A DNA stretch of 20,000 nucleotides from Spongospora subterranea f. sp. subterranea (Eukaryota): the NCBI GenBank assembly GCA_049724395.1, contig JAUGWO010000078.1, positions 57,525 through 77,524 on the forward strand, read 5' to 3'. Position numbers and translations under genes: made by a program. Below are positions 1-10,228 of the stretch, piece after piece. The stretch's first letter is position 1. Every line of letters starts with the position of its first letter. The notes under the pieces were generated by a model. The model did no database searches, was not told the origin of the DNA, and was given only the letters and a program-made list of their open reading frames with translations.

Positions 1-931
1 TTTTGATTGCATTGGACTGATACGCCATGACAGCTGGTGCGCATTCTATAGCTAATCCCAAGTCGCTTTCGTCACAACCTGAGACAACAACGACAATCAT
101 TTCGAGTTGAAAGTTGTCATGTCAAAGCTGGTTGAAATTGCTACCTTCAAGAAGGCCAAGCATTTGGATACTATCGGACTGCGACATCGCTTCGGCCCTA
201 AGCTGGTCATAATGCTTCACCGCTGACGACATGACAGCGATGGCGGCCATCACGCCGGTAGAAAAGATGAGGAATGCAGGCTTGACGTATAGCGCAAACA
301 GTTCATCGAGCTGAAACAATTTATCTTCGTGCGACGCGAACGAAACGCTCAGGATGGATCCCGATATTATGATGCACACAGCCACGATCTCTGCAGGAAG
401 TCACCTAAACCTGATTCATCGCCCAGCGTCAATCGCCCTTACCATTACAGGAAATCTTCTCCCTGAGAAGAAGCGGAGCGAAGATGACATTCGCAATCAA
501 TGTAACGGCGCCTAAAGGAGCGATGACGACCTGAATTGATTTATGGGCTTCGTCAAGAAGAAAGAAAAGCGGAACAGTTGTCGACCTGTGGAGCAAAAGC
601 CAACGCGAAAAAATCCGCAATGGCGCCAACCATGACGAGGGTAATTCCTGCAACCCAAAGCGGTTGCAGAAAATATTTTGGTGTTCCTATATCAGATAGG
701 GCCGAGGCTGTTGTTGGCGCCGTAGGTGAGGAAGGCTGTTTATCGCTCCAGTTAGACGACTGCAGATGGCACAGCTTCTGCAGGTTGATCCCTGCCTAGT
801 CGCTGATCAATGTGCGTTTTGCCCCACAACACCCATGCGACCAGACCTAAATTAGAGATGATCGAGGCGAAGCACGCTAGCAGGACTCCGACCACCCATC
901 GGCGCATCCCAAGTATATCTTTGCCATCCAT
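1..931 (-). CDS. NIPA-family (DMT superfamily) magnesium transporter, multi-exon, runs off the left edge
   Basis: Spliced reading from ATG at 931: MDGKDILGMRRWVVGVLLACFASIISNLG/INLQKLCH...PKYFLQPLWVAGITLVMVGAIADFFALAFAPQ/VVIAPLGAVTLIANVIFAPLLLREKIS...; 'GxNLQK', 'P.W..G', 'FAPQ..IAPLGA..L..N...A..LL.E' are NIPA signatures; GT-AG introns of ~55 bp. Confidence 0.88.
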
Positions 932-1437
932 AATGGTGCAGGGCCAATCTTCTGGATTCCTCGGCCGTTTCGGAACCTTCGCGCAAAAGCTACCTTTGCT
1001 GTCGATTTGCAGTATTTCTAAACGGATTCATATCTGATACGAATTAGAATACAGAAAGATCAATCCCCTGTTGACCGTTTTTGTTACTTTTCGCCAGGTT
1101 AACTTTTGTCGAATTGGCGTGGCCTCGTTGGCTCCGATCCCATCATACGTCAGCGGCGCCACCTCAAACGTCTTTGTGGATTATGAAAACTTGTCATACA
1201 GAAACGCAACCCTGTTATCACATCCAGAAGGTCGACAAACCCCACGGTTGACCGACATTTCGAAATACAAAAAATAGAACGGTCAGAATCCGATAACATG
1301 CTACTGATCAATGCGGATGTGACTTTTCCAAAGAGGTTGAAGACACGACACGAGACAGTAATTTCTGAAAAGGAATGAAGTCCAAAGGCAACAAGAGAGT
1401 CTTTTAGGGGGCTATATTAAAATAGCATGGATCTGAA

Positions 1438-2348
1438 TTACTCGCCAGAACGGACAACGCGGCGTTGATTATTGCCGCGCTGGTTACCGTTGTCATTCTT
1501 GAATTTCGTGACCCCACGACCGCGAACCTTTACGATCTGTTCAGGCGTTGTCTTGGGCTGGTCATCAAAATCGTGTCGATTATCGCCTTCGGTCACGGTC
1601 ATGACCTGGTCATCCAACTTGACGCCGTTGTATTTTTCAACGAATTTTCTTGATGCAGCACGCTTATGGAAATGTATGATCGCTGCACCTGTTGGGCGAC
1701 CTGACCGGTCAAATACCAGCTCTGCCCTGTTATAATCGGGAAAATCCTTGAAAAGCCCCTCTAGATCTGACGCTTCAACTTGCCATGGAATATCTGATAT
1801 TGTCACAACACCAGTTGTCCTCAGACTTAAGCCTATTGATTTAGAGGCAAATGACGAGAGCGATTTGGTCAAAGTGTCGTTGTGATTGCGGGGCGCTGGA
1901 TAATGCTCAAGGAACATGTCGTGCTATATGCAAAAACATATATCAATTGAAAATAATTACTACGAACAAAATCGAGTAACAAAAACAAAAAAAATGCAAT
2001 CAACCTGGAGCTCAATCGGAAATTCATTCGAATTGTGGGTTTCTAGCTGACCTCCCATTCTTTCTCGGGATCCTTTCGCCTGATAGTTTGAAATTTATCC
2101 AAACGCCGTCTGCCCTCTGAAGTTGGCACTGTTACTCTAATAGAACCTCCTTTTTTCTGACCAAATGAACCGCGACGTCCAGCCCCCTTGCTGCTATTCC
2201 CTCTCTTGCCTCCAGCGAACGGGCGGTTCGGCGCCGCACGTGGTCTCGGCGGTGGTTTCGTCGTTTTCCGACGCTGCGCGGCGATCTCGTCAAGGGACAT
2301 ATCCAGATGGGATTCCGCCGTGGCATCGACGACCATGGCGTCCGACAT
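1438..2348 (-). CDS. ALYREF: ALYREF/THO4/Yra1-like mRNA export adaptor (RRM)
   Basis: N-terminal LDMSLDEI (UAP56-binding motif), R/G-rich linker, WE/HDMF (WxHD motif) joined across a GT-AG intron at 1924-2051, then RRM (VTISDIPWQVEASDLEGLF...FDRSGRPTGAAIIHF...YNGVKLDDQVM). Confidence 0.82.
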
Positions 2349-2437
2349 TGTTCGCTAGCAATTTCCGATCAATCGGGGCCGACGGCAAAAACGTCAATGG
2401 AGAGTTGAGGACAATACACCACACACTGACACACACG

Positions 2438-2887
2438 GAGACTGGCAGCGCCTTCGCACTATATGCAACTGCGAGGCACTAGGTACAACTGCGACAGTCG
2501 CGCAACTAAATATACAAGTGCCGTGACCTTGAATTAGGAGACAATCAGCGCCTTCGCACTATATGCAACTGCGAGGCACTAGGTACAACTGCGACAGACA
2601 ATCGCGCAACTAAATATTGCGCAACTAAATATTGCGCAACTAAATATACAAGTGCCGTGACCCTGTATTTAGAGACAGGCAGCGCCTTCGCACTATATGC
2701 AACTGCGAGGCACTAGGTACAACTGCGACAGTTGCGCAACTAAATATACAAGTGCCGTGACCCTGTATTTACGAGACAGGCAGCGCCTTCGCACTATATG
2801 CCACTGCGCGCGGCACTAGGTTCACAGCGACATTCGCGCAACCAAATACAGTACACAAGTGCCGTGACCATGTACTGTATTAGCGCC
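2438..2887. repeat. Tandem array of four ~100-bp units
   Basis: CAGCGCCTTCGCACTATATG starts at 2446, 2546, 2680 and 2781 (periods 100, 134, 101). Copy 2 has a triplicated GCGCAACTAAATAT(T); copy 4 is diverged. Confidence 0.95.
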
Positions 2888-3528
2888 ATGGATCGGTCGG
2901 TTCGACAATGGTTAACTGAATCGAGCCTGGTCTGTTCCCGGAGCGGACCGCAGCAAGGTGTGTGTGTGTGTCCGTTTGGGAAACGGCTTCAGAAAGAACA
3001 CACGACGTTGGACCAAAGTCTAATAGGCGCTGCTGTGAAGTTAACCAGCACCGATATGGTAGAAGGGGGTTTTCAAAGGCGTTGGTGCCATAGACCATTG
3101 AGGCTGTGGATTATTATGCCGCGTTTGCTCGCCATTATTTCATGATCAGCATGACCATTGTCATTATTTGTGATATTCTGTTTTTTGGGCATCACTAATC
3201 TAGAGGTAATAAACGCTTTTCAATTCGATTTTCTGATCGATTTAATCTTGAAAATACCCCATACGCGTTCGGTTGCTGTGATCCACCTCCGTTTTCTATC
3301 TCCACCGATCGTTCTAAACTGTTCTCACATGACATACATCACCAGAGTTTTACAGCCTTCATTGCCACCCACCCACCGACTGTTTGTTCTGTCTGAATTA
3401 AAGCGGCCCATAATGTGATGCCTGTTCAGAAGGTCGTTTTCTGTGAGCCCAAATGGCAAAACGCGTTGTTGCGGTTTTTGCAATGTCCCAGGACCGGGCG
3501 TTCTTGCTCTGGGTATTTTTTCCAGGTT

Positions 3529-5238
3529 TTATTCTTTGCGATTCGTTTTCTTACGAGGAGGTTCGTCAATGGATATCGGATCACGTGGCTGTCGAGAAGA
3601 GGGGCCAGCACCGCCTAACTTCAGGTCGATCGATTCCGACAAGGGCGCGACATGTTTCGCGAGTTTCGATTGCCCGTGCGCCGATTTCCCCGATATTCCC
3701 GTCAATGACGACGCGATTCTGATCAGGATGAACGCGTCCAGCCCGGCGTAGTTCAGCTGCGCCTCGGATAGTGGCCGGCGAGACCAATCCGACATCTGAT
3801 ACACAGCGCGAAACTCAACAAACCTTATTCGCATAGCCGGTCAACGATCACCGAAACCTGCTGTCCTTTGGACAACGTCATCCCGAAGCAGAAAAGCGAC
3901 AAACGCGCCAGTGATTTCCTGTCCGATCCTGGATAGCGAGATTGAAACACGTTATGAAGGTCCAGAATCGACGACAGATTCCTGAACGACCCGCAGGGAT
4001 ATTCTCTGAGACCAACAACATTTTTCATCAGCGATTGTTGTCGTTTACATGAGGTGTGACCGCAATACCTATGCAGCTTAGCAATGTCGTCGCGCAGACC
4101 GACACCGAGTTTTACTATATGACGAGCGGCCAGCAATCGCGATAGAACCGGAACGCAGATCGACGATGCCCGTTGCAGGTCGAATATGAATATCGCCGAC
4201 GACGTCGCGATCTGAACGATCGAGACGGGGGTTGGAGCCCTGCCTAACAAGACAATTGGCGTTCCGGAACGACGTTGTCAGGAACGTAGTTGTTCACAAA
4301 CCTTTGCGAAACACGGGTTGAGATTCTGTGTCGATTCCCAGCAACGGCGACGAAAACAGAATCTCTTCCGCCAACTTCAATGATCGATCATCGTCCACGA
4401 CCACGATCGTGACGTCCTTGGGGATCGATACTGTTGACGGCTGCAGATTGAACGTCTCCAATAGTTTAGCCGGCGGCGGTTTGTGCCCTGGCCCTTGCAT
4501 CTCGGCCAGCAGTAGGCGCCCGTACCCGACCTCGTTCCCATCCCGGAACCCGTCCAATGCGTGTTCGCTGATGGCCGTCGAATACGCCATCAGCAATCGC
4601 GCCTTGGCGATGGCCAGAACCGCATCGAGCTTGAACCCGACTGGGGTGTCGGGCGATTTCAATAATTCCTTGATCCAGACCGATACGGATTCGTCTGATT
4701 CTGTTTGTCATCGAGCAATGGGGATGGATAGATTCGCGAAGCAGATCCCATACCGGATTGGGGTGCGGTTTTGACAGTTTGGCAGAGAAATATGAGCGCG
4801 TTCCTTCTTTGCGATGTGGTCTGAACTGGGTCAAGGAGAAATAGCCCATCTCAGCACACCCCGATTGTCGGCAACGATATCGCCAGGGCCGACGACCTGA
4901 CCCATGATGGACGACCTTCTGCATATGTTGAGGGCGACCTGGACGATTACAAAATGGGTCAGAGATTGGCACCGAATAACGAAAACAACGTGGGAGACCT
5001 TGTGTCTTCGGTCATCGCAACACGACAATGATTTCAACAGACTCAATAAAGAAGGGCTTTCCTGAAATATCAGAACTGGATCACGAAAACGGTTCGGATT
5101 GCATTAGAGATGGAGAAAACGCTAACCGGGAGCTGGCCCAGTTTAGAGAGAACATCAGTCGCTTCCTGATCAACAGAAAAAGGGCTGGCGCTTGAGGAAA
5201 CTGATCGAGATTTGGTTCGGCGCGGTGCCTGGAGGCAT
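3529..5238 (-). CDS. DEDDy 3'-5' exonuclease (Mut-7/EXD3/WRN-exo-like), multi-exon; start uncertain
   Basis: ExoI LLGIDTESQPVFRKG, then VSIVQIAT..IFIFDL, ExoII KLGVGLRDDI, SLARL...LSKGQQ/MSDWSRRPLSEAQLNYAGLDA (ExoIII YxxxD); introns at 4244-4301 and 3796-3857 restore the frame. Confidence 0.87.
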
Positions 5239-5640
5239 TCGAATTAGTTGGCATGAAATTCGGGGCTCAAGAACAGGATCGGGACATGGGCGCTCTGAAC
5301 ACCACGTTGCCTTTTTGCCACCATGGCGAGGGTTCTGCCCAGCGTCGGTTGGCTCCTCGTTTTTCGGCCCATCGCCCGCTGCATCCCTGCCATTGCACCC
5401 ACTGCCCCTCCAACAATCGTGAACACGGGGTGAACTTCCGTCAGATTGATCGTTGTTCCCAATCTCTGTTCTGGAAATCTGCGCGATTTGATTTCGAAAA
5501 TGTCCTTCGGCTACATTCGGTATTGTTTCGGGTGTTTTCTCAACGCGGGTGCAGGCGTTGTGTTTCGAAAGACGGGTAGCGCCATGGGCAATAGATGGTC
5601 AGTGGTTCGGACCGACATCGTGTATTGAGTGATATGTTGT

Positions 5641-5931
5641 CTATGGCTGAGGGGCGACGGTGATGGTTGCGTCGATCGATGAACTCATGAACAGTTTGAC
5701 CATGGTGCCCACGACCCAGAAGAAGTCGAACACGAGGACCACCAGACCGGTGATCGCCGTGACCGCCGCCGACGTCGCCGATACCTTGTGCTCCAGCGTC
5801 CCGATCGCGAACTGGTGCGCGAACAGGATCAGAGCGATGCTGGCCGTCGTCAGGCCCACGAATAGGTGCAGCGAACGCTTGATGTCTCCACCGAAGAAGC
5901 GGTTCATGGTGGGGAAAGGCTCGATCAGCAT
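5641..5931 (-). CDS. Small hypothetical membrane protein (96 aa, two hydrophobic segments)
   Basis: ORF with GC-rich third positions and two TM-like stretches (LHLFVGLTTASIALILFA; AAVTAITGLVVLVFDFFWVVG); no family recognised. Confidence 0.45.
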   Translation of the reverse strand: MLIEPFPTMNRFFGGDIKRSLHLFVGLTTASIALILFAHQFAIGTLEHKVSATSAAVTAITGLVVLVFDFFWVVGTMVKLFMSSSIDATITVAPQP

Positions 5932-6510
5932 GGTTAACCCTTAGCTAGCCGTTCGGCTGAATGACGGACGCTCGGCCGAAATCGCTCCGGCAACTCCAAC
6001 GCACCATATCCGGCTCGGCCGGGGTTCAGATTAACAACGGCCAGCTCATTCATGATCAAAACTAAATAATGTCGGTGAACGAGTCAATGTTTGGAAAAAG
6101 GTCCAAATTTTAGAACCGTTGCATCGATTAGCTTAACATTTGAAAAAATCGGTGCTTGATGTGTTGTTGGAGTATCAGGAGTTTTTTTTTCGTCCTTGTG
6201 AAATAAACACTGAACCAGCTCCTCCAGACTGAAATGAATCAATTTATAATGATGTGGCGCCAATCCGAACAAACGTTGCGGTTGGACGTCAACGCCGATG
6301 AGCAGCACTTCCCATTAAACCGACAAGAACACTGGAAGGACACGACGATTTTCGGTGGCGACAAATTCACAATTCCTCGGTTTGGGTTAAGGATGAAAGC
6401 CCAGCTGGAGCCAGATACCTTCTATATTATATAATTAACCACCTGTCTTGACACAAATTGCCTGCATTGCCCGCTCCCGACCATACGATTGTGAGTTATA
6501 CTAAATAGCG

Positions 6511-8594
6511 TTAGACGATCCGTTTAACGGCGATCATAATATCGCCAACCAAGCCGTCAGGCCGTAACCGATATTTCCAGTATGTTCTCGCCGGAATGTG
6601 TTGTCCGTTATTGGCGACCAGCTCTAAATCGACCCGAAGCTGTGTCAGTGCCCTGAAATCCCGTTCAATTTGGGCCATTCCCAGCACAAGCAGCGATCTC
6701 TGCGAGAACAGGCGCCAGAAAAAGGGAATACTATGTGGGTTCTAAAGAGAAGAGATATTAGATCACGAATCAACAGTTAAATATCAAACAATACTGTTTT
6801 GGCCTTGGCAAAATCCTGTTGAAGTTGATCTAGCTCTGAATGAGATGGGTATCCCAGCAGCCGTTGTGCCTCTGTATTCATAGACAGCGACACTTCCGTG
6901 TAGTCACCCCAGCTATAATCCATCGCCAATCGAATTACTGCACATGGCGACTCCCAGAATGCTGAGAAACAAAAAACAGGTCGCGTTTAGATAGGAACGA
7001 CCCCGTTCAAGGGCAGATTGTACCGATACGAAGAATGTCGTCATCGTCGATTGTTAAACACGGTTCATGGGATGTAGCCGCATCCAACAATAAGGTTATA
7101 CAGCGGGTTTTGAACGGTTTCAACAGGGCAGGTTTGGAACATAATGCCAATAACTCTCCAGCAAGTGGACCGGCGTCCTAAGATCCAAGCGGATTGAGGA
7201 AAATATTCTGTCTAGGTGAAGACCTTGGGACATACTTTGACGGCAGCGACAATCATCTCCAGCCGCATTGCCAAACATTCTTCGCTAGTAAGAACATCCA
7301 GCGACATCGACATGAAATGCTGAAACCGCGCTGGTGAGAGAAGTAATGACGACAGAGCGTCAGGCGAAAAATCTCGGTAGGCAAATCGACAGTGTCCAGT
7401 TAACCTGATGGCAAACACCTGATCAGAAACCGATCCAGGGATAATACGATGTAGAATTTGGTACTTGATCGGGAACTGAAGTGGAGACCTGACCATAAAC
7501 GGCGGTTTACCTCTCATTAGTCTATTGCGAGACCCATTGCCTAGAGAGCGACCACGATTAAAAGCCACTTCGACATGGAAGCGTTAATGAGACCTGAACT
7601 CTGCTTCTCCGTAAAAGGCATAAACGATTGATTCTGAGGTCGCTGCTGGGCGGACTTGTTCTTGGTCGGGCTGATTCGGGCGAGAACTCCGGTTGATCCA
7701 CCACTTCCCCCAGCAACTCCAGCGCCGCCGACTGTTGTATTGGACGATATTGGTTCACCAGCTGATGCAGATCTAGGTCTGGACGATCTGTTTGCGTATG
7801 TCGGGAAAGTGAATAAACCACCCTTATCTGTGGCAAACTTTCTTAACGCTTTCTTTAACAACAAAAATCGTCGCGTTTACGTTTTGGGATAGATTTCGGA
7901 GGAGGTAATGAAGCTACCTCAGAAACAGCGGCGAATTTTGTAATTCTTCCACCGACTATTTCCTCGAGCATCTCAAACTCGTCCGAGTCCGTTTCTGAAC
8001 CATTTCCAGATTGCTCCCGATCGTGAGGTGGATCAACGCAGGAGTCAAGATCACCTCTTTTAACACATCGTTGGCATGGTCTCTAGAACGTGTAAGTTGA
8101 GACAGGCAAAAAAAAAGGGGGTAAATATCGATGGATGTCTTCTTACGCCTGTATCGCATAATAAACTGGCCCCAATGCACGGGCCACACTGCTTTCTGGA
8201 AATTACAGATGCGCCGCGCTTGCTGCGAACGGCGGCAGCTTGGATGACGACCGCCGGAGTTGGGGCAATTATAGATATCCTGGACGGGCGATCAACACAT
8301 AAATGTTCACAGCAGCGCCGCACACATCGCTCACAGGGTCGCTATCCTCTCCAATATTAGCTTAAATTCCTTGATTTGCCGAGTAAATACCTCATTACTG
8401 CACCTCATTTTAGCCCTGACACACTCATTGCAGGCGATTGTGACCCGGCGTCCAGTTTCGGTGTCCCCCGTACCGGAATCCAGTTGCGGCTCAGCGGCGG
8501 ATGCGTCAGGTTGGTCGGGATTTGGCGCCCGGATCAAGGCGGGCGGCGGGATACGGCGGTGCGACCTAGAACCCGAGACGGCGAGATCAGCCAT
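6511..8594 (-). CDS. Zn(II)2Cys6 binuclear-cluster transcription factor with C-terminal PAS-like region (Ert1/Rds2/AcuK-like architecture), multi-exon
   Basis: Splicing the 49-bp intron 8342-8390 gives ACNECVRAKMRCSNE/RPCERCVRRCCEHLCVD (C-x2-C-x6-C-x5-C-x2-C-x8-C). Late exons read MNTEAQRLLGY and LELVANNGQHIPARTYWKYRLRPDGLVGDIMIAVKRIV* (PAS/PAC-like); stop at 6511-6513. Confidence 0.8.
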
Positions 8595-9421
8595 GAGGGA
8601 TAGGCCGGCACCACTGTTGCAGTCGGGCGACATGACTGCACAGGAGTATTTGAATACCCTTAACGGAACCGCGGAGTCCGGGAAAGCCGGCCACAGAAGG
8701 GGGACCCGTGCGGTGTATCGTGTTCCGGACACGAGAGGGTACAGTCCGGTCCGACCCCGGAGAGTCGGAGAGATATGTATATGACACACTGGTGTATATA
8801 TAGCCACTGACATACCAGGGCTGCGCCCCCTCCACAGACCATCATTATTGTTGCTGATGTGGATGATCACGACGAGCCTATTGTGCCTATTATCAAGCCA
8901 TTAGAGGGCTGTTGCTTCTACTGAAATTGATACCCACTTTTTGCTGCAGCGAAATCCTGCAATTACGGTAAGATTTGGAAATGTTGAAAATTGTGGAAAA
9001 CACGGCATGGATTTACTTGTGCTCATTGAATGTGGTTTGTTCAATGTGGAGCGCTAGCTAAATTTTTGATAATAATTCAATATTGGCATGTTTGATTGTC
9101 GAGTGTGTATAGGATGCAGCAATCAGTCAGTACACCATAGGAAGATAACGTGTTATAGATCTCTGCCGTCATCTCACTTCTCAAACAAAACCATCTACCA
9201 AAGTGTCGCTCGTTACTTCATATCCTCTATTTCATGATCTCTGCACTGCGATAAACGACCCGGCGTTGGTTTCCACTGCTTTTGTCAACTCATCTCCAAA
9301 GCTGGTTCGGAGTTAGAGTATTCTGTGGTTTGCTGTCCGAGACCCATCATCTCGTCAGAGTGTGACAGATTCCCTGCGCCATCTCTTGTAGTTTCCATTA
9401 GATCAAAACGTTGATTTTTTA

Positions 9422-9802
9422 CCCCGTGAACAATAGAATAGTGTCCAGCTAATGTACACTGGTCCTGTGGTAACAGGTGTAGTCCTTTGACTCCTCTCTG
9501 CCACTTGGCCATTGCGGCGCCACCCCCGTGAACAATAGAATAGGGCCCAGCTAATGTACACTGGTCCTGTGGTAATAGTGTCCAGCTAATGTACACTGGT
9601 CCTGTGGTAACAGGTGTAGTCCTTTGACTCCTCTCCGCCACTTGGCCATTGCGGCGCCACCCCCGTGAACAATAGAATAGTGTCCAGCTAATGTACACTG
9701 GTCCAGTGGTAATAGTGTCCAGCTAATGTACACTGGTTCTGTAATAACGGGTGTAGCCCTACAGTATGACTCATCTCTGCCACTTGGCCATTACGACGCC
9801 AC
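9422..9802. repeat. Higher-order tandem repeat: 102-bp unit x3 with an internal 35-bp subunit (5 copies)
   Basis: CCCCGTGAACAATAG at 9422, 9524 and 9661 (periods 102 and 137). AATAGTGTCCAGCTAATGTACACTGGTCCTGTGGT occurs once in unit 1 and twice in units 2 and 3. Confidence 0.95.
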
Positions 9803-10013
9803 ATGTTCTTAATCTTACAGATGGTGTTCGTGGAATAGACGAGATCTGTTGACCGAACCGTTAGGAAGAAGTGATTTACTGCCTCCGTTTTTTTTAGTGT
9901 CCACTTTGGGCTCGGAAAATGTTGCGAAATAAGTGTCCACAATCAGTATGATGCCCGTCACAGAGTCACAGACACAGGATCCTAATCTTCACTACTGTCT
10001 GGGCATCGCTCGG

Positions 10014-10041
10014 TACACTGGTTACAACATTTAGTGTGGTA
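10014..10041 (+). mobile_element. Tc1/mariner-type TIR or footprint: TA-CACTGGTTACAACATTTAGTGTGG-TA
   Basis: 10014-10039 is the exact reverse complement of 12459-12484; identity stops right after the outer TA on both sides. Confidence 0.7.
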
Positions 10042-10228
10042 GAGCCAATAGTTACAGACCTTGCACCTATTCCAGAAGAACAAATCGCCCTACTTCCTGA
10101 ACCGCCATTGCTTTCCTCATCGGGGACGCGACGCCTACAACGATAGGCCAAAGGCTAATGGTGATGAAATGGATGAAAGAAGAAGTTGAGCGATTTGGAG
10201 AGGTTCATTTTCCCTCAAAAGCAGTCAG

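Noticed and set aside
3000..3340. Minus-strand frame containing ERVWGIFK, reminiscent of a transposase motif
   Set aside because: Isolated short motif among stop codons, with no supporting residues.
6234..6434. 66-aa plus-strand ORF convergent on the Zn-cluster gene
   Set aside because: No recognisable motif, and I could not build a consistent spliced model.
9285..9942. Repetitive ORFs (QDQCTLAGHY...)
   Set aside because: Translations of the tandem repeat in shifting frames; no coding evidence.
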